A DNA stretch of 64,000 bases from the NCBI GenBank assembly GCA_963764515.1, contig CAVXSS010000002.1, positions 480,052 through 544,051 of the forward strand, in the 5' to 3' direction. The notes under the pieces were generated by a model. The model did not search any database and was not told the DNA's origin. It was given only the letters and a program-made list of their open reading frames with translations. Position 1 is the first letter of the stretch; every line of letters starts with the position of its first letter. The position numbers and the translations under genes were made by a program. The DNA comes from an uncultured Chloroflexia bacterium. Lineage in GTDB: Bacteria; Chloroflexota; Limnocylindria; Limnocylindrales; CSP1-4. Below, piece after piece: positions 18,343-28,610 of the stretch.

Positions 18343-20007
18343 ATGTCCTTCGATGGTCTCGGGCTGTCGCCCGAGCTCCTCGGTACGGTCGCCAAAGAGG
18401 GCTACACCGTCCCGACCCCCGTCCAGGCCGAATCCATCCCGCTGGTCCTCGCCGGCCGTGACGTGATGGCCGGCGCCCAGACGGGCACCGGCAAGACGGC
18501 CGCATTCGTGCTGCCCATGATCCAGCGCCTTCACGCCAGCCGGCGCGACGGCCAGCGTGGCGTCCGTGCCCTGATCCTGGCGCCGACCCGCGAGCTCGCC
18601 CTCCAGATCGCGGAGAGCGTCCGCACCTATGGCGCCGCTCGACCGATCCGCTCGGCCGCCATCTACGGCGGCGTCGGCTTCGATCCCCAGGTCCGCGCGC
18701 TGCACGGCGGCGCGGAGATCGTGATCGCGACCCCCGGGCGCCTGCTCGACCATGTCGGGCAGCGAACGATCGACCTGTCGCGCGTCGAGATCCTCGTCCT
18801 CGACGAGGCTGACCGGATGCTCGACATGGGCTTCATCCGTGACATCCGCAAGATCCTGGCGATCCTGCCGGCCCAGCGTCAGAACCTCCTGTTCTCGGCG
18901 ACCTTCAGCGATGAGATCCGGCGCCTGGCCGGCGGCCTGCTGCACGATCCCGCGACGGTCCAGGTCACGCCCCGCAACGCCCCGTCGGAGCTGGTCAGCC
19001 AGGTGGTCCATCCGGTCGATCGCGAGCGCAAGCGCGAGTTGCTCAGCCACCTCGTGAAGAGCGGCGTCATCTACCAGGCCCTGGTGTTCACTCGGACCAA
19101 GCACGGCGCGAACCGCCTCGCCACGCAGCTCGAGCACGACGGCATCCCGGCGACCGCCATCCACGGCAACAAGAGCCAGCCGCAGCGCGTGCGCGCCCTG
19201 GCCGACTTCAAGGCGAACAAGTACGCGATCCTCGTCGCGACCGAGGTCGCCGCACGCGGCCTCGATATCGACTCGCTGCCGCACGTCGTCAATTACGAGC
19301 TGCCGATGGTCGCGGAGGACTACGTGCACCGGATCGGCCGCACCGGTCGAGCCGGCGTCGACGGCCAGGCCGTGTCGCTGGTCTGCGTCGATGAGATGAA
19401 GCTGCTCTACGACATCGAACGGGTCCTTGGGCGGTCGATCCCCTCAGAGGTCATCACGGGCTTCGAGCCCGATCCGCGGATCCGCCCCGAACCGATCCTG
19501 CGGGGCGGCCTCGGTGGCGCGCGACCGGGCATCGGGCCCCGCCAGCGACCGGCTGGCGCGCCACGCCACGCCGCAGCGCCCAGGTACGCCGCGGCGCCGC
19601 ACCATGACGCGGTCGGACGCGCGGGTATCGCTGCCCGGCCACACATCGGTGCCCGATCGCTCGGACAGGCGCAAGGCGGCCGTCCGGCCGGGGCGCCCAT
19701 GGGCAACCGTAGTGGTCGCCCCGTCGGGGCGCCGGTCGCGAACCGTGGCGGCGGTCATGCGCCGGGCCGGCGAGGCGATCATGGTCGTCCGGGGGGTGGC
19801 CGCCCGTCGCAGCCCGGACAGTGGCTCGGCCAGCGGCCGAACCAGGGTGGCCGCCCGGCCCAGGGCTGGCCCGCCAACCAGGGCCAGCGCCCGGACCAGG
19901 GCAAGCGCCCGGCCCAGGGCCAGCGCCCGAACGGACGTCCCGATGGCGCCCCCTCCGCGCTGCCCGGTGAGCGATTCGCACGCAGCGGCGCCCGACCGAA
20001 CGACTGA
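18343..20007 (+). CDS. DEAD-box ATP-dependent RNA helicase (RhlE-like) with ~190-aa Gly/Arg/Pro/Gln-rich C-terminal tail
   Basis: The product reads [11 protein letters not shown]...PTRELA...[14 protein letters not shown]...SAT...[10 protein letters not shown], with F at -17 and GYTVPTPVQ (Q motif) upstream of motif I. The start was trimmed to MSFDGLGL. The tail [23 protein letters not shown] is low-complexity. Confidence 0.85.
   Translation: MSFDGLGLSPELLGTVAKEGYTVPTPVQAESIPLVLAGRDVMAGAQTGTGKTAAFVLPMIQRLHASRRDGQRGVRALILAPTRELALQIAESVRTYGAARPIRSAAIYGGVGFDPQVRALHGGAEIVIATPGRLLDHVGQRTIDLSRVEILVLDEADRMLDMGFIRDIRKILAILPAQRQNLLFSATFSDEIRRLAGGLLHDPATVQVTPRNAPSELVSQVVHPVDRERKRELLSHLVKSGVIYQALVFTRTKHGANRLATQLEHDGIPATAIHGNKSQPQRVRALADFKANKYAILVATEVAARGLDIDSLPHVVNYELPMVAEDYVHRIGRTGRAGVDGQAVSLVCVDEMKLLYDIERVLGRSIPSEVITGFEPDPRIRPEPILRGGLGGARPGIGPRQRPAGAPRHAAAPRYAAAPHHDAVGRAGIAARPHIGARSLGQAQGGRPAGAPMGNRSGRPVGAPVANRGGGHAPGRRGDHGRPGGGRPSQPGQWLGQRPNQGGRPAQGWPANQGQRPDQGKRPAQGQRPNGRPDGAPSALPGERFARSGARPND
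19840..19960 (+). repeat. Short in-frame tandem DNA repeats (units like cagggccagcgcccgga) encoding the Q/G/R/P-rich helicase tail
   Basis: The DNA at 19840-19960 is visibly periodic, and the translated tail is correspondingly repetitive. Confidence 0.4.
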
Positions 20008-20033
20008 GCGAGGGGCGCCCCCGCGCCCAGCCG

Positions 20034-22091
20034 CTACTGCAGGAGCGAGAACGCGAGCAGGGCCGCGGCCGTGAAGTCGATGGCCGGCTCGACGGTCTGC
20101 CAGGACCGGACGTCGTCCACGAACTGGCTGCCCCGGGCGTCGAACGCCGCATAGACATCGCCGCCACCGGCGGGGCACGTCTTGCCTTCCTCGAAGAACT
20201 CGCCCAGGCCGTCGGCGAACAGGTCGGCGCTGTTCGGTCCGTTGACCACGGCCCCGCGCAGGAGCGGCGGCGTGCCATCGAGGCTGCCGGAGAGATTGGC
20301 GACGACGTGTTGCGGGCACTGGGCGAAGGCGCTGCCGACCCCGATCATCAGCGACACGCCCCACGGGTTGGCGCCGAGCGCCCAATCGCGCTGCCCCGTG
20401 GCAAACGATGCGTAGGTGGTGTCGCCGGTCAGGGCGCCGTACAGCTGCGCGGTCGAGATCAACCCGAACGTGTGCGGCGCCGCGTCGAAATCGTCGTAGA
20501 TGGCACCGGCCCCGAAGGGATCCTTGCTTGACCGCGCGGCGCCACGCTCCAACTGTGCCCGAAGGTCGGCGATGAGCGGTGCCTCATCGAGCGCGAGCCC
20601 GCTCGTTCCAGGTGCCGCGCGCATCGCCCGGACGACGTCGGTGTGGGCGAGGGCACTCGTGTCGTACAGGTTGAAGGTGTCGTCGCCGGCCTCGTCGGCG
20701 AGGTACGCCTTCGCCCAGGTCGCGCCAGCGCGGAGCCATTGCGCGGCCCGGACGTCGCCGAGCGCCTGTCCGGCGAGGGCCAGCTCGGCGGCTCCCCATT
20801 CCATGTCGTCCCGCCACGACGACTCGGGATAGAAGGCGTGTGGCAACGCGGTGACGACATCGGCCTCCTTCACCTTCGTGGTCTTGGCCTTGGCGAAGAT
20901 CCCGGCCGCGGTCTCGAGCTCCGCGCGAGCGCGCGCGGGATCGCTCCGGGCGTCGACTTGCGCGGCGAGTGCCAGGGCCGCGGCCATCCGCCCCGCCAGG
21001 TTCGGCGGGATGGCTGTTCCCGGATCGCCCGCTCGGAACGCAGGGCGATGGCTCAGGTAGCGGTCGGCCTTGTCGGCGAGGGCGTCATCGGTCTCCGGCA
21101 GACGCCACAGGTCGTGGTCGCCGTTGAACGTCCCATCCGTGTTCCCCGACCCGATGCCGACCTGGATGTAGAGGATCCCGCGATCGGCGTCCCAGGCGCG
21201 CTCGAGCCAAGCCTCGCCGAACCGGGCCTCGTCGCGGAGTGATCCGGGCGCGTCCGACCCAAGCTCGCGCATGGCCGCGTACATCAGGCCGACGCTGTAG
21301 GCGGTCGTGTGGGTGAACTTTATGAAGTCGCCCGCATCGAACCAGCCCCCGGCGAGATCGACCGGGCCGCCGATCCGTTTGAGCGACTTGCCGACGATCG
21401 CGTCGCTGTCGGGGTCCTCGTATGTCGGCCACGCATAGACATCGAGGGCACGGTCATCGAGGTGCGACGGCTGTCGATGCAGGTCGCCCGCGATGACGTC
21501 GGGGCCGTCCCGTTGCGCCTGGAAGAAGGCCACGGCATCGGCCACGCGCGGCCCGAAGAGCTTGGCGCTCGACGCCACCTGGAACGGCGGGGAGGTGACC
21601 TGGACCGGACCGCCCACCGCGACGCGATATGTCCCCGGATCGCGCAGAGCGCTCACATCCAGCCGATGGACGGCCGGGTAGGCCTCGTTCCAGTCGCCGT
21701 CGTCGGGTCCGACCGTGCCGGTCAGCGCGACCGAGCCCGCATCGTCGATGACCGTGAAGGGAGTGCCCGCCGCGGAGGCCGAGGCCAGCAGGTACGCGAC
21801 CTTGGGCTCGTCGGGGACGTAGCCGAGCTGGTCGACGCGGACGACGCCCTTGATCGTCGGGACGACGCTCGGCAGCGTCGGGCTTGGGGAAGGGGTCGCA
21901 CTGGGCACGGGTGTCGGGGTCGACGTCGCTGCGGCTGCGCCACGTGGCGACGCGGTGGCGCCGGACGCCGGGCGGAACGCCGTCATCGACGCCACGAGCG
22001 CGATCGCGACCACGGCGACGACAACGACGATGGCGATCGCTCGAGTCCGCGACGCACGGTCCATCGACACCAACCTATCATCGGGCCTCAT
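20034..22091 (-). CDS. Secreted/membrane-anchored GH9 endoglucanase (cellulase) with N-terminal Ig-like (CelD_N-type) domain
   Basis: The product contains the GH9 catalytic motif GGWFDAGDFIKF. An N-terminal hydrophobic anchor (AIAIVVVVAVVAIALVAS) is followed by a Thr/Pro/Ser linker. The alternative start is Met10 at 22064. Confidence 0.8.
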   Translation of the reverse strand: MRPDDRLVSMDRASRTRAIAIVVVVAVVAIALVASMTAFRPASGATASPRGAAAATSTPTPVPSATPSPSPTLPSVVPTIKGVVRVDQLGYVPDEPKVAYLLASASAAGTPFTVIDDAGSVALTGTVGPDDGDWNEAYPAVHRLDVSALRDPGTYRVAVGGPVQVTSPPFQVASSAKLFGPRVADAVAFFQAQRDGPDVIAGDLHRQPSHLDDRALDVYAWPTYEDPDSDAIVGKSLKRIGGPVDLAGGWFDAGDFIKFTHTTAYSVGLMYAAMRELGSDAPGSLRDEARFGEAWLERAWDADRGILYIQVGIGSGNTDGTFNGDHDLWRLPETDDALADKADRYLSHRPAFRAGDPGTAIPPNLAGRMAAALALAAQVDARSDPARARAELETAAGIFAKAKTTKVKEADVVTALPHAFYPESSWRDDMEWGAAELALAGQALGDVRAAQWLRAGATWAKAYLADEAGDDTFNLYDTSALAHTDVVRAMRAAPGTSGLALDEAPLIADLRAQLERGAARSSKDPFGAGAIYDDFDAAPHTFGLISTAQLYGALTGDTTYASFATGQRDWALGANPWGVSLMIGVGSAFAQCPQHVVANLSGSLDGTPPLLRGAVVNGPNSADLFADGLGEFFEEGKTCPAGGGDVYAAFDARGSQFVDDVRSWQTVEPAIDFTAAALLAFSLLQ

Positions 22092-23361
22092 GGTGAGTCT
22101 CGGTCTCCGCGCGGACGACCCGGTGGATCAGCGGATCCGCCGGCACCGCACCGCGGATGCGACCGTGACCGTTCTCCGTGACGACGGCCAGCCGCTGGAC
22201 CGCACGGAGGTCGTCGTCGCGCAGCGGCGTCACGCCTTCCGCTTCGGTTGCACCGGCTTCGAGTTGATCGCCCTGGCCAATGACGAGGTGTCCGATGCGG
22301 ACCAGCCACTGGCGGAACGCCTCGCCGCGGCGTGGCTGGAGGTCTTCGATCTTGCGACGCTGCCGTTCTACTGGGGCCGGTTCGAGCCACAGCGCGGACA
22401 TCCGGACACCAAACGGATCCTGACCGCCGCCCGCTGGCTCGTGGACCGCGGTTGCGTCGTCAAGGGCCATCCGCTGTGTTGGCACACCGTCACGGCCGAC
22501 TGGTTGCTGGAGCTCTCGACGGCCGACGCGATCGCCGCCCAGCTCGCGCGCATCGAGCGCGAAGTGACCGACTTCGCCGGCGTCGTCGACATGTGGGACG
22601 TGCTCAACGAAGTCGTGATCATGCCGGTCTTCGACAAGTACGACAACGGCGTCACCCGGATGTGCCAGGAGCTCGGGCAGGTCGGGATCGTTCGGACGAT
22701 GGTCGAAGCGGCTCGCGCCGCCAACCCGGTCGCGACGCTGCTGCTCAACGACTTCGACGTCTCGCCCGCCTACGAGCACCTCATCGAAGACTGCCTCGAG
22801 GCCGGCATCGGGATCGACGTGCTCGGCATCCAGTCCCACATGCACCAGGGCTACTGGGGCGAAGCGAAGACCCTCGACGTGCTCGAGCGCTTCGCGCGCT
22901 TCGGGCTGCCGATCCATTTCACGGAGAACACCCTTGTCTCCGGGCACCTCATGCCGCCCGAGATCGTGGACCTGAACGACTACCAGGTCGCCGAATGGCC
23001 GAGCACGCCCGACGGCGAAGCGCGCCAGGCGGACGAGGTCGTCCGTCACTACCGGACCCTGCTGTCGCATCCGGCCGTCGCCGCGATCAGCTGGTGGGGG
23101 ATCGACGACGGTGGCTGGCTCAACGCGCCGACCGGGCTGGTCCGGCAGGATGGATCGGCGAAACCCGCCTACCACGCGCTCCGTGGTCTCATCAAGGGCG
23201 ACTGGTGGCTCGCTCCGACGACGATGACCACCGACGACGCGGGGAGGCTCACCGTCAGTGGCTTCCTCGGTGACTACGACGTGACCTGGTCCGGCCGGAC
23301 GGCCGCGTTCGGCCTCGATCGACCCGGCCCCACGACGGTCGAGACGCGCCTCGGGGCGTGA
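22090..23361 (+). CDS. Clan GH-A glycoside hydrolase, GH10-like (xylanase-like), cytoplasmic (no signal peptide)
   Basis: The ORF 21850..23361 was trimmed to the ATG at 22090. The product reads KGHPLCWH, then WDVLNEV (acid/base Glu in NE), then IHFTENT (nucleophile Glu), and WWGIDDGGW. The family assignment is tentative. Confidence 0.6.
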   Translation: MVSLGLRADDPVDQRIRRHRTADATVTVLRDDGQPLDRTEVVVAQRRHAFRFGCTGFELIALANDEVSDADQPLAERLAAAWLEVFDLATLPFYWGRFEPQRGHPDTKRILTAARWLVDRGCVVKGHPLCWHTVTADWLLELSTADAIAAQLARIEREVTDFAGVVDMWDVLNEVVIMPVFDKYDNGVTRMCQELGQVGIVRTMVEAARAANPVATLLLNDFDVSPAYEHLIEDCLEAGIGIDVLGIQSHMHQGYWGEAKTLDVLERFARFGLPIHFTENTLVSGHLMPPEIVDLNDYQVAEWPSTPDGEARQADEVVRHYRTLLSHPAVAAISWWGIDDGGWLNAPTGLVRQDGSAKPAYHALRGLIKGDWWLAPTTMTTDDAGRLTVSGFLGDYDVTWSGRTAAFGLDRPGPTTVETRLGA

Positions 23362-23449
23362 GGATCGAACGCCAGGACGTGACCCGGTCGTGACCGTCCG
23401 TCCGCTATGGTGGGACGGCGTCGTGCAAGGCGCCATCGAGGAGGCGGCC

Positions 23450-24169
23450 ATGGAGGACCTCAAGGACAACGTCGTGGCGATCACCGGTGCGAGCGCCGGG
23501 ATCGGGCGTGCCACCGCGCGCGAACTCGCCCGGGCCGGGGCCCGCGTGGTGCTGGGGGCGCGCAGACGCGAGCGCCTCGAGGCAATCGAAGCGGAGTTCC
23601 CCGGCCAGGTCGCCGCCGTCGAGATGGACGTCCGCAAGCCAGACGACAGCCACCGCCTGGTCCGCGAGGCAGTGGAGCGCTTCGGACGCCTCGACAGCCT
23701 CGTCGCGAATGCCGGGATCGGCATGTACGGCGGGATCCTCGACCACACCGACGGCGAGCTCACCACGATGTTCGACACGAACGTCGCCGGGACCGTCTGG
23801 CCGATCCGGGCCGCCCTGCCCGAGATGCTCAAGGCCGGCCGCGGCGACATCGTCATCGTCGCGTCGGTCGCGGGTTTCCGCGGCGGAGCCGATGAGGCGG
23901 TCTATGCGGCCACGAAGTTCGCCCAGGTGGGCCTGGCCGGCGCGCTCGATCGCGAGCTGCGCGACAAGGGGATCCGCATCACGACCATCGGGCCGGCCGG
24001 GACCTCCACGGAGTTCGCCATCGGCGCCGGCCGAACCGAGGACATGCCCGAGCTCAAGACGTACCTCAAGCCCGAGGACATCGCCTTCGCGATTCGGACG
24101 GTGCTCGAGCAACCGCGCCGGCTCCGCACGCAGTACTGGACGATCTGGAGCATGGCCCAGGGCAGCTGA
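23450..24169 (+). CDS. Short-chain dehydrogenase/reductase (SDR) family oxidoreductase
   Basis: The product reads VVAITGASAGIGRATARELARAGARVVLGAR (TGxxxGxG), then NAGIG, then YAATKFAQVGLAGAL (YxxxK). The ATG at 23450 is preceded by GAGGAGG. Confidence 0.8.
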   Translation: MEDLKDNVVAITGASAGIGRATARELARAGARVVLGARRRERLEAIEAEFPGQVAAVEMDVRKPDDSHRLVREAVERFGRLDSLVANAGIGMYGGILDHTDGELTTMFDTNVAGTVWPIRAALPEMLKAGRGDIVIVASVAGFRGGADEAVYAATKFAQVGLAGALDRELRDKGIRITTIGPAGTSTEFAIGAGRTEDMPELKTYLKPEDIAFAIRTVLEQPRRLRTQYWTIWSMAQGS

Positions 24170-24170
24170 C

Positions 24171-25427
24171 TCAGCCGGCCGCGACCGGCTCCCGCGCCGG
24201 GATCATGATCGCGGCGAGGGCCGCACCGACCAGGCACGCCACGACCCCGACCCAGATGCTGGCGGCAAGCGACGCCGTCACGAGCACCCCGGCGATCGCC
24301 GCCCCGACGGGGAAGCCCGCGAAGTTGAAGGCCATCGAGACGGCGAACGCCCGTCCCATCCAGGCCGGGTCGGTCCGCCGTTGTCGGACCGTGAACAGCG
24401 CGATGTCGATCGAGCCGTTGAGAAGGCCGAACGCGAACATCATCACGCTCAGCAGCAGGAGCCCGGCCTCCGGCGCGATCGGGCCGAATGCTCCCGCGGC
24501 CGGCAGCAGGAGCGCGATCGTCGGCGCGGTCAGGGCCATCGGGATGACCAGCATCCGCCATTCCAGACCGCGGGTGTCGAGGCGCCCGAACAGCAACGCC
24601 GAGATCATCCCGGATACGCCGGAGACGGCGAATACGATCCCGACGATCTCCTCGCCGTAGCCCAGGACGCGCAGGACGACGACGGGGACCACGATCGTCA
24701 TCATCCCCCAGCCGAGGTTGAGGACGGACAGCGACAAGCCGAGGCCGCGCAGCGTCCGGTTCGCCCACGTGTAGCGAACGCCGGCCCACGCATCGGCGAA
24801 GAGCCGGCCTGTCGAGGTCGACTCGGTCTCCGGTTCCTGGACGCCGATCAAGGCGAGCGCGGCGAGGCCGAACGGGAGTGCGATGACGATGATCGCCGCC
24901 GGCGCGCCCAGGATCGCGACCAGGGTCGCCGCGAGCGGCGGACCGAGGATCGTCGCCACGACGTAGCCGTTCGAATCGATCGCGTTGACCCGCTCCCATA
25001 GCCGCGACGGGACGATGATCGGGAAGATCGTGCGCAGGCCGACGATGCTCAGGATGCTCGTGAGCGACGTGATGCCGACGATGAGCACCAGGAGCGGCGC
25101 AGGCAGGAGCCCTGCCAGGGCCAGGACGCCGATGAGCGCGAGGCTGACCAGCGCCACGACGTAGTCGAGGATCATGAGCCGGACCCGCCCGTGGCGGTCG
25201 AGCAGGGCGCCGGCGATCGGCGCGATCAGCAAGCCCGGGACGACGCTCACGAACGTCACGATCCCCGCGAGCGTCGGTGAGTCGTAGACGGCCAGCGCGA
25301 AGAGGACGAGGGCGACGCCGACCATCGCCTGTGCGACGCGCGCCAGCCCCATCGACGCGACGACGCGTCCGAGCTGCGGGACCTCGAAGAGCGCGCGGTA
25401 AGAGGGGTCGGGGGATCCACCGGGCAT
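24171..25427 (-). CDS. MFS transporter
   Basis: The 418-aa product has ~12 predicted TM helices and the MFS-like loop LLDRHGRVRLM. Its stop is 1 bp from the SDR gene stop, in convergent orientation. Confidence 0.75.
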   Translation of the reverse strand: MPGGSPDPSYRALFEVPQLGRVVASMGLARVAQAMVGVALVLFALAVYDSPTLAGIVTFVSVVPGLLIAPIAGALLDRHGRVRLMILDYVVALVSLALIGVLALAGLLPAPLLVLIVGITSLTSILSIVGLRTIFPIIVPSRLWERVNAIDSNGYVVATILGPPLAATLVAILGAPAAIIVIALPFGLAALALIGVQEPETESTSTGRLFADAWAGVRYTWANRTLRGLGLSLSVLNLGWGMMTIVVPVVVLRVLGYGEEIVGIVFAVSGVSGMISALLFGRLDTRGLEWRMLVIPMALTAPTIALLLPAAGAFGPIAPEAGLLLLSVMMFAFGLLNGSIDIALFTVRQRRTDPAWMGRAFAVSMAFNFAGFPVGAAIAGVLVTASLAASIWVGVVACLVGAALAAIMIPAREPVAAG

Positions 25428-25508
25428 CCGGTGATGCTATCTGAGCGTGCGTCGGCCCGCGTCCGAAGTCGACCGTGGCGGTGAGGTGACTCTCGCTCAG
25501 GGCGTGCG

Positions 25509-25542
25509 CTGAGACGGCGGACCGCGAGGCCCGCCGTCTCAG
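25509..25542 (-). terminator. GC-rich hairpin (12-bp stem CTGAGACGGCGG / CCGCCGTCTCAG, ~10-nt loop) downstream of the lactonase gene
   Basis: A perfect inverted repeat is seen in the sequence, lying 3' of the minus-strand gene that ends at 25578. There is no U-tract, as is common in high-GC actinobacteria. Confidence 0.35.
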
Positions 25543-25577
25543 GATGGTGGGGAACCGGGCCGTTGGGGCCCCGGGTC

Positions 25578-26735
25578 CTAGTCGACGACGATCCCGAATG
25601 GGGCCGCGCCACCCGGGATCGCGACGGGCGACGAAGGGAGCTCGGTCAGGTCGCCGCGGTGGACCGCGAACACGCTGACGGCCGCGGCCCCCGGATCGAC
25701 CACGTAGAGGAAGCGTCCGGCGGGGTCGAGGCGAGCGTCGAACGGCTTGAGGCCGGTCGGGCCCTGGAACGGCGTGCTGCCAAGCAGGGTGAGGCTTCCG
25801 CCGTGGGAGATCCGATATCGCGAGATCGAGCTGCTGCCCGTGTTGATCGCGAAGAGGTACTTGCCGTCATGGCTGATCTCGACCCAGCAGGGGGCCGTCT
25901 GGTTGTCGGCGAATGGCGAGGCGCCGATCGGCGTCAGCGTCGCGTCGCGTCCGACGTGGTAGGCGGAGACGCTACCCGCGAGCGCGCCATCGTGCGCGTT
26001 CGAGACGAACAGCTGGCGCGGGTTCGTCGGTCGGAAGGCGCTCCCGAATGGCCCGATGCGCTGCGCGGCGAACGGCGACGCGGGGGCCGCGCTGAGGCGA
26101 CCGTCGTGTCGCACCTTGAAGCTGTCGATGAACGACGGGCCGGCGTTCGGTCCGACGCGAGTCCCGATGAGGGTCCGCCCGTCACCGCTGAACAGGACCT
26201 GGCCCGGGAGGGCGTCGTCGGGAAGTGGGATCGTGGAGTGGCTGACGTGCTTGAGGTGTCCGTTGCGATCGATCCGGAACCCGGTGTAGTTGCTGCCACC
26301 GGCTCCGGCGTTGGCGACGTACACGAGATCGCGGTGGACCGCGATGCTCAACGGGGTGACGCCGCGCGAGCCTTCCGTCTCGACGAGCCGGAGCGCCCCA
26401 TCCTTCTTGATCTTCAGCACGGACACGGTGTCGCTGGCGGGATCGACAGCCAGCACGAACCGGCCGTCATCGGAGAACTGGATCGCGCCGGCCGAACCGA
26501 TCGGCGAGCCGGTGCCGGCGCCGCCGGTCGGGAACGGCGAGCCGGCGAGTGGCGTGAGCGTGCCGTCCCGATGGCGATCGAAGCCCGCGACGGTGTTGAC
26601 GGTGGCCGAATTGTTGTTGACGTAGACGTGGCCGACGACCCGGCCCGGTGACGCAGCCGCGGCGGCGCCCGCCGATCCGGCGAGGACGGCGAACAGGCTG
26701 CCGCTGAGCGCCAGGCGGCGCAAGACTCGATGCAT
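25578..26735 (-). CDS. Secreted 7-bladed beta-propeller lactonase (6-phosphogluconolactonase / 3-carboxymuconate-cyclase-like)
   Basis: The ORF 25578..27422 was trimmed to the ATG at 26735, which has an AGGAGA RBS. The product MHRVLRRLALSGSLFAVLAGSAGAAAA carries a signal peptide. Repeated ...YVAN/...FVSN/...FAIN/...YVVD blade motifs follow. Confidence 0.7.
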   Translation of the reverse strand: MHRVLRRLALSGSLFAVLAGSAGAAAAASPGRVVGHVYVNNNSATVNTVAGFDRHRDGTLTPLAGSPFPTGGAGTGSPIGSAGAIQFSDDGRFVLAVDPASDTVSVLKIKKDGALRLVETEGSRGVTPLSIAVHRDLVYVANAGAGGSNYTGFRIDRNGHLKHVSHSTIPLPDDALPGQVLFSGDGRTLIGTRVGPNAGPSFIDSFKVRHDGRLSAAPASPFAAQRIGPFGSAFRPTNPRQLFVSNAHDGALAGSVSAYHVGRDATLTPIGASPFADNQTAPCWVEISHDGKYLFAINTGSSSISRYRISHGGSLTLLGSTPFQGPTGLKPFDARLDPAGRFLYVVDPGAAAVSVFAVHRGDLTELPSSPVAIPGGAAPFGIVVD

Positions 26736-26996
26736 GGCGTGAGGTCTCCTGGATCTGGGGATGCGTGAATCTAGGTGGCCACCCAGTGGGAGAACCTTGC
26801 CGTCGGAACGTGACACGGTCGTGACGTCCGTTCCCCGTGTCGCTCGGGCGCGATCTCCGCCGGCGGCGCGTCCGGTATCGTGGCGTCGCGACCGGTCGCG
26901 GGCCCCCGCCGATCGCGACCCGGCTGGCGTGGCGGCGGCTCCTGGATGGCCGCTCGGCCCGATCCGGTCCGCCGTCGTCGGGCAGGGAGGTCTCCG

Positions 26997-28583
26997 ATGT
27001 TCGTGCCACTTTCGGTCCTCGAGTTCCGCGACCGCGCCGCGACGTTCTTCGGCGACAAGATCGGCGTCATCGACGGCGACTCGCAGTTCACGTATCGAGC
27101 GTTCGCGATCCGCACCCATCGCCTGGCGAACGCGCTCCTCGAGCTGGGCGTGGCTCCCGGGGAGCGGGTGTCGTTCGTCACGTTCAACACGCACCACCTG
27201 CTCGAGGCGTACTACGGCGTGATCGAGGCCGGCGCCGTCCTCAACCCGATCAACATCCGGCTCGCGCCGCACGAGATCGCCTACATCCTCGATCACGCCG
27301 AGTCGAAGGTGGTCTTCTACCACCGTGACTTCGCGCCGCTCGTGGAGGAGATCCGTCCCCGGCTCACGACCCGACCGACCTTCGTCATCCTCGACGGTGA
27401 ACCGGGCGGGCTGGCCGATCACGAGTACGAGGCGCTCCTCGCGTCAGGCTCGTCGAACCCGCTCCAGCCCGAGATCGACGAGAACGGACTCGCCGAGCTC
27501 TTCTACACGAGCGGCACGACCGGACTGCCAAAGGGCGTGGCGATGACCCACCGTGAGCTGTACCTGCACAGCCTGGCGGCCCAGATCGGTCTCGGCTTCA
27601 CCGAGGACGACGTCGTGCTCCACGTCGTCCCGCTCTTCCACGTCAACGGCTGGGGGACACCGCACTTCCTGACCATGATCGGTGGGCGCCACGTGATGCT
27701 CCGACGGTTCGATCCGACCGCGCTGATGGAGCTCGTCGGTCGCCATCGCGTCACGCGCCTCCTCGCGGTCCCGACGATCTTCAACGCCCTGCTCCACAGT
27801 CGCGAGCGGTCCCGCTTCGACCTGTCGAGCCTCCGCCAGGTGATCATCGGGGGATCGCCCGCATCGCCAGAGCTGGTGCGCGCCCTCGAATCGGAGCTCG
27901 GGACGCAGGCGATCGTCGGGTACGGCCTGACCGAGACATCGCCGATCATCACGCTCGCCCAGCCGAGACAGGTCCTCACCGACCGCGAGCCGGCCGGGCG
28001 CCGACAGGAACGGCAGTCGATGACCGGCTGGGCTCTCCCCGGCGTCCGGATCCGGGTCGTCGACCCCCAGGGGATCGACGTTCGGCCCGATGGCGAACAG
28101 ATCGGCGAGATCGTGGTCCGCGGCAACACCGTCATGGACGGCTACTACCGGGACCCAGAAGCGACGGAGGCGACGATCCGGGACGGGTGGCTGTACACCG
28201 GCGACATGGCGACCATCGACGAGGCCGGCTACATCCTCATCAAGGACCGCTCCAAGGACATCATCATCAGCGCGGGGGAGAACATCGCGTCGGTCGAGAT
28301 CGAGGTCGCGCTTGGCGCGCACCCGGCGGTCCTCGAGAGTGCGGTCACCGCCGCTCCCGACGACAAGCGAGGCGAGGTCCCGGTCGCCTTCGTCGTCCTC
28401 AAGCCGGAGATGACCGTCACTGCGAAGGAGCTTCGAGCGTTCTGTCGGGAACGCCTGGCCGCGCACAAGGTCCCGCGGGCGATCCACTTCCGCGACGCCC
28501 TGCCGAAGGGCGGCACAGGCAAGATCCTCAAGGCGGAGCTGCGGGAGCCGCTCTGGGTCGGGCTCGACGCGCGGGTCCACTGA
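26997..28583 (+). CDS. AMP-dependent acyl-CoA synthetase/ligase (fatty-acid--CoA ligase family)
   Basis: The product reads YTSGTTGLPKGV (AMP-binding motif I), then GYGLTE, then YTGD...DRSKDIIISAGENI, then PKGGTGKILK. The start was trimmed to the ATG at 26997, which follows GGGAGG. Confidence 0.85.
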   Translation: MFVPLSVLEFRDRAATFFGDKIGVIDGDSQFTYRAFAIRTHRLANALLELGVAPGERVSFVTFNTHHLLEAYYGVIEAGAVLNPINIRLAPHEIAYILDHAESKVVFYHRDFAPLVEEIRPRLTTRPTFVILDGEPGGLADHEYEALLASGSSNPLQPEIDENGLAELFYTSGTTGLPKGVAMTHRELYLHSLAAQIGLGFTEDDVVLHVVPLFHVNGWGTPHFLTMIGGRHVMLRRFDPTALMELVGRHRVTRLLAVPTIFNALLHSRERSRFDLSSLRQVIIGGSPASPELVRALESELGTQAIVGYGLTETSPIITLAQPRQVLTDREPAGRRQERQSMTGWALPGVRIRVVDPQGIDVRPDGEQIGEIVVRGNTVMDGYYRDPEATEATIRDGWLYTGDMATIDEAGYILIKDRSKDIIISAGENIASVEIEVALGAHPAVLESAVTAAPDDKRGEVPVAFVVLKPEMTVTAKELRAFCRERLAAHKVPRAIHFRDALPKGGTGKILKAELREPLWVGLDARVH

Positions 28584-28610
28584 GCCTGTCGACGCCTGTG
28601 GCTCGAGGAT

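Noticed and set aside
20008-20033. Palindrome GGGGCGCCCC between the convergent helicase and GH9 genes, as a bidirectional terminator.
   Set aside because: The stem is only 5 bp with no loop. It is too weak to call, though it may contribute to termination.
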